Source: Podarcis muralis (Eukaryota). Taken from it: a stretch of DNA of 64,000 bases. Both the position numbers and the translations under genes were made by a program. This document shows, one piece after another, positions 46,901 to 62,343 of the stretch. The stretch is from assembly GCF_964188315.1 (NCBI RefSeq), contig NC_135667.1:20150001-20214000 (forward strand), given 5' to 3'. The notes under the pieces are model-generated. The model had not been told where the DNA came from. It saw only the letters and a list, made by a program, of their open reading frames with translations, and did no database searches. Position 1 is the stretch's first letter; each line of letters begins with the position of its first letter.

Positions 46901-49376
46901 GGCTGTCACAGTCAGAGGCGGCAAGCATCCTCTGAGCATCAGATGCTGGGAATCATAAGTGGGGGGAGCTGCTCTCGCACTCAGGTCCTGCTTACGGGCT
47001 TCCCTGGTTGGCCACTGTGAGAATGGGATGCTGGATTAGATGGGCTATTGGCCTGATCCAGCAGGCCTCTTATTTTGTTCTTCATTATTATTAACTATTT
47101 ATTTATTAAATTTGTATACTGCCCTATAGCAGAGGATCTCAGGGCAGTTCACAACATAAAATTACTACACACACACACACACACAATGACAACTCCCGGA
47201 CCTGCTTCCACACACGGTGGCAGATACCTTATAGTGCAATCTTAGGCACTTCGACTCAGAAGGAGGTACCATGGAGTTCAATGGGATTTAACCCCCAGGG
47301 AAAGGTAACTTCAGCTTCCAATATCATTTCATTCTTCTCCTTGCCCTTTGGCCACATACCCTCCAAAATTTCTCCGATGAAAATAGGGACGTCCCATTCC
47401 ATAATGATAATTTCATACCCCACACATCCTACTCGGTTGCCCCAACCACTCTGGGCAGCTTCCGACTTATATAATAACATCATTAAACATTTTAAAATTT
47501 TTCCCTATACAGGATTGCCTTCAGACGGCTTGGGGATCGGATAACTCCAGACCCTCCAACATTTCTCCAATGAAAATAGGGACATTCTAAGGAAAAGCGG
47601 GACATTCCAGGATCAAATCCGAAACTGGGACAGCTTCTCTAAATCAGGGACGTCCCTGGAAGACAGGGACACTTGGAGGGTCTGTGGCCGTATCTTTCTC
47701 ATGCCAAGCAAATCCTGACTTGACTTACGATGTCCCAAGAGGTATCCAGCGCTGTTCAGGGTCCAGCCGCGTTTGTCCTTGGGCTGCACATGCAACAAGA
47801 GGAAAAGTCCCCTGAAACTAAGCCTGCCAACAGTGAGTCAGAGGGTGACATTTGCTATGGAGAAACCTTCTGTGGATGGAGGGATACATGCCAGTACAGT
47901 TGTACCTCGGTTTAAGAACAGCCCTGTTTATGAACTATTCGGTTTACAAACTCCACAAAACCAGAAGTACTGTCCCGGTTTGCGAATTTTACCTCTGTCT
48001 AAGAACGGAAGCTGAACGGTGGAAGGCCTCATTAGGGAAAGCACACCTCGGTTTAAGAACGGTTGCAGTTTAAGAATGGACTTCCAGAACGGATTAAGTT
48101 CGTAAACCGAGGTACCACTATAGTGGCTTACACCATAGACAAAAGTGGGTGGGGCTAGAGATGGGCAGGGCCAGAGACAAAGGTGGGTGGGGTTAGAGAC
48201 CAAACTGGGCGGAGCAAAGGATGTAACTGTCACCCTTGCACGATAGGGCCACATTTGCACCTTACTTTTAAAGCACGATTATGCCATTTTAATGGGCCAT
48301 GGCCTCCACTATAGAATCTGGGGAATGGTCATTTATTCAGGGTGCTGAAAGTGTAAGGCGATCCCTCTTCCCCTCACAGAACTGCAGTTGGCAGAGTGGT
48401 TTAACAGTCAATCCCTCTTTCTGAAGAACTCTGGGAACTGTAGCTCTGTGAGAGGGGGAAAGGGTTCCCTAACAACTCTGAGCACTACAGCTCCCAAGAT
48501 TTTCTAGGGGAAGCCAAGACCATTCACATAATTTAATGGTGCTTTAAATATATGGTGCAGATGCATGGGCATAGCCAGGATTTTTGTTGCGGGGAGCAGA
48601 ACATCAGTTTGCTATGTACCTTAATTGATTTTTATTGATTCAGGGGGGCAACTGCCCCTCCCCCCCCCCGGCTACGCCCATGCGCAGATGTGACCTAAAC
48701 TTCAACCACACAAAAGTCAGAGGTTTCTACACACTCTCTCTCTGTGTGTGTGTCTCATTTTCTCTCTCACACACAGAATAGCTGGGAAATAGTTGGGGTA
48801 GAATCTTTATCCCTGATATATGGTACAGTATTTACTTTGTATCTGCAAGGATTTTTCGTTTGCTTTTAAAGTGTTGGAGTAATCAAAACTGGGGTTTTAT
48901 ATGGACCATACATTTTCCTCCCACCCCACCAAGAATTCTGGGAACTGTGGTTTACCCCTTGCAGAACGACAGTTCACAACACCATTCACAAACTACAATT
49001 CCCAAGATTTGGGGGGGGGGGTGCTTTAAATGCCTGATATGTCTGCAGAACCTGCTTAGTAAGTTGCTTAGAAGCCTATTTTGAAATTAAGCCTATATAC
49101 ATTAAAAACAAACAAACTGCGCCACCTGCAACAGTCTGAACTGATGCAGTTCCATCTTGCCACTTCATTTCTGCTGCATGTGAGGACCAGCCCAGCCCAT
49201 GCAGGCGATCAGGAGGGACGGAGGGAGGCCAGTGACAGCTCTCTATCAAGTAGGGTTGATGGGGTGGGGTGGGGGGGGGCAGTGTAACTCACCACCAGAA
49301 CGGTTCCACAGCATTCCCCAAGTAGCCCGCAGAGGAGCAAAGATGCACAGAGCACAGATTGAGAGCTCCACATCAT
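43959..49376 (-). CDS. GALP: Galanin-family prepropeptide (GALP/GAL paralog), 121 aa
   Basis: Exons 49376-49293 (84 nt, signal peptide MMWSSQSVLCASLLLCGLLGECCGTVLV), 47783-47729 (55 nt, PKDKRGWTLNSAGYLLGH), 45115-45026 (90 nt, HAHQTLSNKGSLAHKRDAMEDLYSVGQDSL), 44273-44199 (75 nt, AHALRSLDDGTFQTLMDFLTYLNPQ, GMAP-like) and 44020-43959 (DQRAVSRLPLLLSEEESLRQ*). All have AG/GT sites and join in frame (366 nt). Family assignment is firm; GALP rather than GAL is inferred from synteny. Confidence 0.9.
46127..46384. mobile_element. Tc1/mariner MITE (second copy of the 29400 element)
   Basis: TA|CCGTATTTTTCGCTCTATAAGAC ... GTCTTATAGAGAAAAAAATACAG|TA. Confidence 0.8.
47897..48120. mobile_element. Tigger-like MITE
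   Basis: TA|CAGTTGTACCTCGGTTTA ... TAAACCGAGGTACCACTA|TA. Confidence 0.75.
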
Positions 49377-49466
49377 CTGTGGGGAAGAAAGAAATCAAGG
49401 AAGCATTCTGGTTTCCAGTCTGACTCTGTTTCCCCCACTAAATCACATTCCCAATCCAGAATAAGT

Positions 49467-49830
49467 AAAGGACGCCTGGACGGTTAAGTCCAGCCAAAGG
49501 CGACTATGGGGTTGTGGTGCTCATCTCGCTTTCAGGCAGAGGGAGCCGGCCTTTATCCACAGACAGCTTTCCAGGTCATGTGGCCAACATGACTAAACCG
49601 CTTCTGGTGCAATGGGACACCGTGACAGAAACCAAAGTGCATGGAAATGCCGTTTACCTTCCCGCAGCAGCAGTACCTATTTATCTACTTGCACTGGCGT
49701 GCTTTCAAACTGCTAGGTTGGCAGGACCTGGGACAGAGCAACAGCAGCTCACCCCATTCTGGATATTGGAACCGCCAACCTTCTGATCGGCAACCCCAAG
49801 AGGCTCAGTGGTTTAGACCACAGAGCCACC
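49467..49830 (-). mobile_element. Sauria SINE
   Basis: Reverse complement of the family at 10002 and 16199; flanked by ccagaata. Confidence 0.85.
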
Positions 49831-50719
49831 CAGAATACCAGGATTATGATAGACATTATTTCTTGAGAGCTCCCCAAGAGGCACGATAAATATATACTGG
49901 TAATATTGGTTCCCTTGGTGATGTGTATACAATTTTTGTCTGCCTGTTGCCAGTTTTGCATGGAGTTTTTTAAGCACTAAGAAGTCTTCAAAACCTGTTT
50001 GACCACAGACCATAGTCTCTAATTACATAGCGGCTATGGTCTGTGACGGGATACAAGTGCGCACCAAGGGCACCGTGAGTGTAATTTCAAGCCTTTGAAA
50101 AAGAGCACTGTCTGCTTACACAAACACACACTCCTCATCTTCTTTCCAACCCCACCCACTGGATGATGCTCTCAGAAAATCCACATAGCAAGACTGCCAA
50201 TAGCCATTGCCAGAGGGGATGCTTTGTATGCAATGTTCCAAGATTCGATCCCTTCACAAGCATGGCCATTTGAAGGGTGAGATGCAAGTCAGAGTATTTG
50301 CACTAAGCTAGAGGCCCAAAGAGGCTGGTCTCAGAATAAGGCAGCGCCCCACGGTCTGCATGCGCTCTGGCACAGTGCTGGATGGTACCTGCCCAAAAGA
50401 TAACTGAGCTGCAGGCCTCAGCTCAAAGCCCAGCCGCATCATGACCTCTAGCCCCTAAAAACCCCCAACCCTCTCAAACAGAGATGACTTCAAGATGCTT
50501 TTAAGATGCAGGCACATGGAATGTGGTACATGCGTGCCATATCTTCCCTGACAGGGCTCCTGTTCCTCTTGGCACCTGCACAACAGCCATACATTCAACA
50601 GGTGGAGACATTTCTATCACTGCTTTAGGCCACAAAAAAGGAACCTGTTGAATTTCTGCCTACCCCGTTGGAGCAAAAAACAGTGACACCCCTGCTGTGC
50701 CCCATTTCATGGAACTGGA

Positions 50720-50960
50720 GAGTTGGGTCATCTAGCCCTGCAATACAGGAATCTAAACTAAAGCATCCCTGACAGATGGCCATCCAACCTCTGCTTAATA
50801 ACCTCCAAGGAAGGAGAGTCCACCACCTTCTGAGGGAGACTGTCCCACTATCGAAACGCTCTTACTGTCAGGAAGGTTCAGTCGGAATCTCCTTTCTTAT
50901 AATTGAATCTATCTGTCTGAGTCCCACCCTCTTGAAGTAGCAGAAAACAAGCTTGCTCCA
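50720..50960 (-). mobile_element. CR1 LINE 3' fragment
   Basis: catccctgacagatggccatccaacctctgctt...aaggaaggagagtccaccacc, typical of a reversed CR1 end. Confidence 0.65.
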
Positions 50961-51059
50961 TTTAAACTCTCTTAACGGTCTGTCAGCCCACACCCCCAAA
51001 CCAACACCCTTAAATCCCAAACCTCCATCATAGATTTTAAGGAATTCATACCTTGAAAC

Positions 51060-51146
51060 CTGTCAGGAGCCGCTGGATGTCTGATTCCCCACGAAGTAGG
51101 GGACCCAGGATTTATAGAGGGGGAAGGCACAGGTCGGGTTGCGTCA
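51060..51146 (-). promoter_or_regulatory. Candidate promoter and non-coding exon 1 of the galanin-family gene
   Basis: Minus strand: TGACGCAA (51146-51139), TATAAA (51116-51111), then a possible donor ACAG|gtttca at 51060. As in GAL (from memory), the next exon starts directly with ATG. Confidence 0.55.
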
Positions 51147-52222
51147 TTACTCCACAGACAAAAGACACAGGGCGGCGGGAACGTATGTGTAATTGACCGT
51201 AATGGCCCCCAGAAACCCAGCTGAATGGGGAACAGAGAGAGAGAGATGTACTAATCTCTTTTAATGCGCAATTTATTCACATCCTTTGTCAGAAAATTGA
51301 TGGAACATTGGGGTGGGGGGGTAATTAGAGCTAATTGACTCCTCAAAATGAATTGGAGGAGGGTGGTCAACCATGCAAGAAGTAGGCACCTGCCAAGAGG
51401 CCTTCCTGTTTTTGAGGCCAGAGAACTCTGTGCCCTGCTGCCTCTTCTCTAATCTCGCTGCCCTCCTTGCAGCCACTTCACCTGTGTACATTATTCACCC
51501 TGCAGTGCTTTTCCAAACAATCACATCTTTGAGAGAAATCTGGAGATCTAGCTCCAAGGAGGCCCACTCTGGAGGGTTGGTGTGTGTTCATTATTACTGG
51601 ATTTTATTTAAAACACGTTCACCCCACCTTGTGCTGTAAGGTCGGCTTCCAAAACGAGGCATTAAAATCAGTTGCTACAAAATATCACAATTAAACAGAG
51701 ATTGCTGGGCGAGCTTCAGTCAATCTAACATTAATTCCTGGGGTGGAGGGAAGCAAAGTTTGGAGCTGAGGCCCAAATGTTACTAGCATTGGCACAGGGT
51801 GAATTGTTCTGGTGAGGAAGTTCAAGAGACGAGGCGCTACCACAGAAAACAGGGGTGCAAACTTGAATATAATATTGAGGGGGCCCAGGTAAGGCCCACC
51901 CCACATAATCGGTCACATGATACAGTGCGCACACACCATTTGAACGGGAATGCCCATCAACTTTGTGGGCCTCAAATATTTTATTGTGGGGGCCAAAGCC
52001 CCCACAACCCCTAGGAGTTGGCTCCTTTGACAGAAAATATCCTACAGCCACTGTCAGGGCTCATCCACACTGCGGTTTGCCATGGGCTTTCTAGACACAA
52101 GTCTGAGAGGTTCTTTGTTTGTCCTGCCCCATTCCCAGGGGAAACCCGCAGTTTACCACAGGATTGGAACAAACGTCAGTCAGGTTTTTGCAGACTGGCA
52201 TTTGTTTCGATTCAGCAGTTCA

Positions 52223-52970
52223 AAAGGATTTTGCATCCAGGTTTCTTGGAGCAGGATGATCTTGAACTGTGATACGTAGGTTAGAACGTCTTTGTCCATT
52301 GTTTTCGATTGCCATCCAGCAACGTTCCAGGATAGTAGTAGAGGTGAGCTCTCTAGAGCCCGCTTTGAGACAATGCCCTCAGCAGTGCTGCACGGCAAAT
52401 TCACGCGGGTACCAATGCATGCACGTCTCTGCCCCTGTATGTCTAATAAGGTAGAATCTGTTACACACATCCTGCTATTTTGCGAATTTTATAGTGAAGA
52501 ACGAGCTCAACTTATTTTGCCGCTTTTATCAAAATTTATACCCCTACAACATTATTTGGAATCCTCCCCCGAAATTCTACGAAAATACCTTCTGGAAGAT
52601 TCCTCAAGCTCAATATCATATGAGGTGGCCAAATTTTGCACTTTAGTAATCAGGAAGCGTAAATCTCCTCTGTTGAACGGCACTCTGCGAAGTTCCCCTG
52701 TGTAATCCTTTTTTTTCTTTTTTGATGTTGCTGTTGATCTCTTTTTGTTTGATCTTGTGGTGTCTAGTGTCACTGGCTTTTGCCGCAATTAAAAAAAACA
52801 AAACAACAACCTTTTGCGCTCTTCCACACCCGTCCAATGTTCCTGACCCTTATTTTGGATTCTTTTAGCTTCTTTTAAATTCTTATAGATTTTTATATTC
52901 ACCTTGTGTTTTAATACCTTTTTAGATTTTAAATGCTGGTCTATGACCGTAATAAAGATTTGTTGTTGTT
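52223..52970 (+). mobile_element. APE-type LINE insertion with 5' inversion (clade uncertain, RTE-X/Crack-like)
   Basis: 14-bp TSD GATTCAGCAGTTCA at 52209-52222 and 52971-52984. Plus strand: ORF2 C-terminus with zinc knuckle RLCPC..VESVTHILLFCEFY, AATAAA and (TTG)n tail. Minus strand 52223-52341: endonuclease N-terminus SWNVAGW...ILLQETW. Confidence 0.85.
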
Positions 52971-54807
52971 GATTCAGCAGTTCACAGAGGCTTCTCTGGG
53001 GGAAAGCAGTGGGCCTCTCAGAACCGTGTCTAGAACAAGTGGAAGAAAACACCACAGGGCAAACCAAAATGTGGACAAGCCCTCAGAGGCAGTGTGACCC
53101 TGAATACCACTCCTGCTTACAGCCTTCCCACAGACATGGCATGTCCCAGCAGGCTCTGTTTATGTTCTTAAAAGATCCCAAAACTATCCCTTGTCACCTC
53201 CACACCCATCTCACTTCTGAATAACGGGCTCAGGCAGGCTCATATGGGAACAGTCCATTCAAGACAGATTCTACTGCACCAGACCAAACTCTCCAGCTCT
53301 CCTGGCCAAATTTCACTCCAGAACCCCTAAAGAAATCAGCAGCTGGAACTCCCAGCGAGGGCATCCAACTTCTTCTCCCCCAATAGGCCTAGCCACCCTG
53401 CCTTCTGCAGCAGTCGGACACATACAAATAAAGTTTTAATTCTCCACTACATTAGCTTCCTGCTAGGGGAGATGGTGGACTGATCTTTGAACTTCTACAT
53501 TCAGACTGCTTTTAAAGGCCTGGAACACGGCCTATTATAAAAATGGGCAACCCTGCTTCCAAATGAGCCTTGCTCCATCTCCAGGAACCTCAGGGATCCT
53601 GCTCCTAGCCAGTATTTGTTATAATACTGTAAAGTAGCCTTCCCTGACCAGGTGGTGCCCTCTGTATGGTTGGGTTTGATGGGATTTGTAGTCTAAAGCC
53701 TTTGGAGGACACCAGCATGTTGGGGAAGCCTGGTTGAAGCATTGTATATGCTTAACAACAGCAACAGTGTTATCGGCATATGTGATGCATCAAGCTGGCT
53801 TCCCCAAGCTGCCGGTGTCCTCCAAAGGCTTTAGACTACAAATCCCATCATCTCCAAGCCATACAGAGGGCATCACCTGGCTGGGGATTGGGAAGGCTGC
53901 TTTACAGATTATTTGAACAAAAATAAGCACTCCTGTGTCCTGTTGTAGTTTCCTATCTAAAAACTGATGCAGGGGAATATCGGAGGCAAATGCCACCCCA
54001 GCTACTTAAGATTTCTTTCCAGCACAATTTAATGCATTAAATGACACTCCTGCACCAAGTCCTCTTTTTCACAGCATCCTGTAATTTTCACCCTCTGAAT
54101 CTAATTGGTACCCTGGTGGGCTTTAGGACAAGGACTTTCATCTGCATCTGGCCTGCTTTAAGTGCACATGGGGCCCTTCAGCCTAATGGCCCCATTAGAG
54201 ATCTTGAAGACCTTTCGGGAATGAAGAGGCATCTGCAATACGTCAGGATTCCAGGCTGCTCTGGGAGGGGAGTGGTACCCAATATAGAACTGATTTGTCG
54301 GAAGCTAATAGGTCATCAAAAGATGCAAAGAGGCACTCGAGGCCTCTTCTTGTAACATGTAAAAAGCGTATTTGCGTACATCCATTTTTCACTGCTTGTT
54401 TGTAAGGGCTGGTGGTTTGAAAGGAGCACTGAAGTAGATTATCAAGATTCTCAGGGTGGCATCCAGGACTCTTGGGTTCGCAGGGACATTTGTTGATTGC
54501 CAACCATGTTTCGGGAAGGAGCTTAGAAATGAGTTTCCTGGCACCCATCCAGAATGTTACCTTTGTGGCCTAATAGATCTGGAAAATGCAAAGCTGGAGG
54601 GAAAGATTCCGCCAAGCCGTTCTTGCTGTTAATGCGCACTATCAAAGCGCATCAATGTGTACTAAGGCATCACCATTGCATAGCCAGGATTTTTGTTGGG
54701 GGGCAGGCCTTTGTGGGGGGCAGAGCTTCAGTTAGCCATGAGTTTTACTGATTTTTATTGATTGGGGGCAGCTGCCCCTCTCTGCCTACACCCATGGACA
54801 TCACACT

Positions 54808-54842
<35 letters not shown>

Positions 54843-56449
54843 GGGCTTTGTGCACGCAAACTGTGAAAGCAAACACATTGTGCCACCCTGCTCTTAGTAA
54901 GATGACTGTGCTCTTAATAACTGGATCACAATGTTGTTCTCCCAGCTGCCGTGCAGCTAGGATAAGCCGTATAGCCCAAAGCCCTGGTCTCCCCCACTCC
55001 CACATGGCTTCATGTATCTCCAAGGCCAGTGCTGGCTCCAGGATTTCAGTTTGGCCCCCTGTAACCTGGAAGAGGTGGGACATGCAAACTGGGAGTTCTC
55101 TTAGGGCACTTCAGAACTGTTGCTATATGCAAGGTGGGGTTCCATCCCACAGTGACCAATTCAGGTTGTCCAATCGAAGTGGATTTGGAGGTCTTGAACA
55201 ACAAACCCGCTTCCCCCAAAAGAGCAGACTTTTTGTGAAAAATGAAGAGGAAATTCATCAGAAGGTACGGGAGAACAATTGTCTGACACGTCGCATAATG
55301 TCCTCACATACAGATCAGAATTGATGCTCAATAAGAGCCAATGTCGCCTAGCCTCTCCATAAACTCTGCAAACAAATCAGGATGAACGCTCAGTAAATAG
55401 GTCATCTGGATGCAACTGCAGGCTACATCTAATCGTCTTAGATACTTTGTGCCAAGTCAAAATGATAGCACTGTTAGGGCAACAACAGTCCCTCTGCTGG
55501 TTTGGGGGGGGCCCTGGCTGCCCTCTAGCCCTGGCAGGGCAAGAGGCAGGGATGAGAAGGTAGGTCAAGATTTTCTGATAGATCTCAGGATGATCGACAG
55601 GCATTTCTGACTCCCAGGCGTTTAATGACAGCAGCAGCAAAACATCTCCTCCCATCCCTTCTCCGAAATAAATCGCTGAAATGAAGAAAACTTGTGGATG
55701 GGGAACCAGGAACTATTTGCATTTGAAAGGACTGTGTGATCCAGTTCTGGGTCAGAAAACAAATTCCAGGACTGAAATGTGCCCAGGGGCACCCTGGCAC
55801 TTGGTTCAAAGTGTGCATGAGTCCTCTATGCCATCATTCCTCACCTTGTTCTGGCTGGTGGATCCTGATGTTCTAGTTCAAAACAAAACAAAACATAGTT
55901 ATGCCGAGTCTGCAGCTTGCCTGCTCCTTGTCGTCTAAGGCAATACATCTTTATTTGTGGACTCGGAGTCACTTCCATCATCTGATGCATAAAATGCAAT
56001 CCTTTGTTGCAGGGATACAGACACGTAGTTTTTAGGGTGGGTATGTTAAGCCGCGGGCTCAAGGGGAAATGAAATGCAAGAGAAGGGACGACAATTCAGT
56101 TGGAGCTGGAGTGTCTGCGAAATAAGCGAAGCGGCCCTTTTGCAGCAGCCCTGAGCAGTGATAGGATAAATAACAAGGGTGTTTTAATGAGGATCCGCAG
56201 CAGGAAAGGAACCCACGGTCTCTATTCAATCCCAAATAAGCAGAGGTAAACTCTCCAAAGTCTAACCTGCTTTACTTTGGATAACTCAGTCGTTAGAGGA
56301 TGAGTGGCCAAAAGATTCCTGCATTGCAGGGGTTGGACTAGATGACCCTCGGGGTCCCTTCCGACGCCACAGTTCTATGATTCTGCACATGCCCACCGCC
56401 CAGCTATCCCGACACAGCGCCGCCTCTGTGAAATCCATGGGGCTACTCC

Positions 56450-57520
56450 CTAGCCAACCTGCAGCGCCAGCCGTCAAATTTGCCTGAATCCATTAAGCCT
56501 CCCCGGGGAGGGAGAGAACCAGAGAGCGAGGGGGGGGAGGGCGCTGGCCCTTTAAATCTCACCCGCCCCGCCTCCCGCAAGCCCGTCCATGCCAACCTCC
56601 GGCGGACGCTCTTCCCTCCCGTCGCCGCCCTAGTCCTCCAGCCCATCCGGCAGCTTCTCTAGCCGCACCCATTCCCCTCGACTCTATGGCGCCACCCGAC
56701 TCCGATTGGCCAATCCGGGGCGGCGGCGCGCTCTTATTGGCCGGGCGGCTCAGCCCGGCGGGGCGCGGAGGGGAGCTGTCAGGCTGCGGAGGGAGGGGTT
56801 TTCCGCTGCCGGCCCAGGGCCCTGAGAGCGCGCGCCGCCGCCGCCGCTGGCCCCCCTTCCCTCCCGCATGGGGGGTGCCTGAGACCCCGAGCCCGTCTTC
56901 CCCCTCCCCGTAGGGCGGGTGAGTGCCAAGAGGGGCGGGGGCGGGTGATTGACAGCAGCCCCCCCCAAAGGGGATGCAGGGCGTGGGGGGGGCGCTTGGA
57001 AGGGCAGCGGAGGGCGAGAGGGCAGGGCGCGGCGGGGGGGGGGGGCTTCCCTTCTGCAAGGGCCGCCGGGTTGGCGCTGGGTCCCCGGCCCCTGGAGGCG
57101 CGCAGCCATTGTGGGGTTGCGCCAGGGTGGGGCACCTGCTTAGCAAAAGCGGTGCATAAACATGGCAAGGTGGCTGCTTCTGCGCGCGCAGCCGGGGTAG
57201 GGCTCCGGGAGGGCAGATGCCTGCCTGCCTGCGGGAGGGCGAGGGCAGAAAGAGGGCTGGCAGCTGCGCGAGGCGTGTTGCAATACCGACCGAGGGAGCC
57301 CGGGACTGGCTCCACCCATCCCCGCCGCCGCCTCTTTTCTCCCGAGCAGCCCAGCCTTCTTCCTCGTCCCGGGTTTCCCACGTGCGTGGTTTGTGCCCGC
57401 ATCCCCCCTCTTCCTTGGCCAGCGTCCGCGATCCCTTCCTGCTTCTTCTTCTCCCAGGTGGGCCGCATCTGACGGAGGAATATTGACTTTTGCTTGCATG
57501 GAGTGTTAGGGTGGGTTGGG
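56450..57520 (+). promoter_or_regulatory. CpG island / promoter and probable non-coding exon 1 of the RAS gene
   Basis: Very GC- and CpG-rich; palindromic double CCAAT GATTGGCCAATC at 56704-56715, GC box 56717-56723, ATTGG 56736-56740; strong donor GG|gtgagt at 56918. Confidence 0.75.
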
Positions 57521-58732
57521 TGTAGTTCCACAGAATTGGGGTTGCTTGGCTGTGAGGCCAGTAAATGCACCCCTGTAATATTGCGGGCGGGCGGGGGGGG
57601 GGTGGAGTTGTAGCAGGGAGCAGAAATCACAGGATTGTAGGCCTCTAGCCGGACGTACCTTCCCTTGTGGACCGCTGAAATGGGAAAGTGGGTCCAAAGG
57701 TTTGAACTGAACCTGCTACTTCTCGAACTTCTGTTGAAACGAGCAACAGTCGTTGTGGGGATGGGCAGGGATCCTGCATGGTTGGTGTGGATCAGATGTA
57801 CTGATTCAGCCTGCCTAAGTACATAGGAAGCTGGCTTCTGTTCTGTCTGGTTTACAGCTATCAGCATTGACTGGCAGCAGCTCTCAAAGGCTTCAACAGG
57901 GTTCTACCTGGAGATGCCAGTGATTGAACCCAGGACCCTTTGTGTGCAAGGCAAATGCTGTATCATTAATTTGCAGGAAGCACTGGGGCAAGCAGGCAGC
58001 AAGGGAAGCTGTGTTCTGTCAAGTGACCAGAGTCTCAGCTCTCAATTCCACCAGACACCACCCATAATCCACGACCCTTGAGAAGTCTTTACTGCAACCC
58101 TTTAGTTCCCACATTCTGCTGTAATAACCAGGTCTGATTACATGTAACTGAAACAAATGCATATGCCTCCCTACTTCCATTTCCTGTCTTTTCTCAGTTT
58201 TTATTTTGTAAGCTCTTTGAGACAGAGACACTTTGCTAAAAGTGTTGTGTGCTTAGTTGATGCTGTATAAATAAACAGTAAAAACCTGCGAAGTTGAATC
58301 CTCTGATCCACCATATATTTTTTGAGCTGTGTAGCTCCTCTTCCAGTTCCTTTGTGGCCCCATCCAGGTGTCCAGGATTGTTGCTGTTGATTTTTGGTTG
58401 TAGGGTGGTGGTGGTGGTAAAAGTTGGCAGCCATAAGCATGCCTGACACTTGAAGTTCTCTAGCAGCTGTATGAGAAGGAATCAATTAACACCAATCCCA
58501 GCTTCATGATAAAGTGACCTGACATTCATCTACCTAGAAAAAGCAAGAATTCTAGTTAGATTGTCCAATTCAGAGTGCTGCTTTTGGGGAAAGTGTTGAA
58601 AGGATTTCCTGCAAATAGAATGGACGTAGCAATCTAGCTAGGAGCAAATATCTAGGAAGATGTGGCCAAAACTCATACAAACTCTTGGTAGCACAGAGGG
58701 GAACGGACTCTGTGTCTTCTGCTAGAGCTTGA

Positions 58733-62343
<3,611 letters not shown>

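Noticed and set aside
51061-51250. Solo LTR starting TGTCAGG
   Set aside because: No TSD or matching end found; better explained as the galanin-family promoter on the minus strand.
54243-54548. 101-aa minus-strand ORF and nearby exon-like pieces (55140-55470, 55846-55873, 51500-51580)
   Set aside because: Unique-looking sequence, but no recognisable homology and no consistent exon chain could be built. A BLASTX would be needed.
56559-57867. ORFs of 175-362 aa in the CpG island
   Set aside because: GC-rich shadow ORFs over the RAS promoter and first intron.
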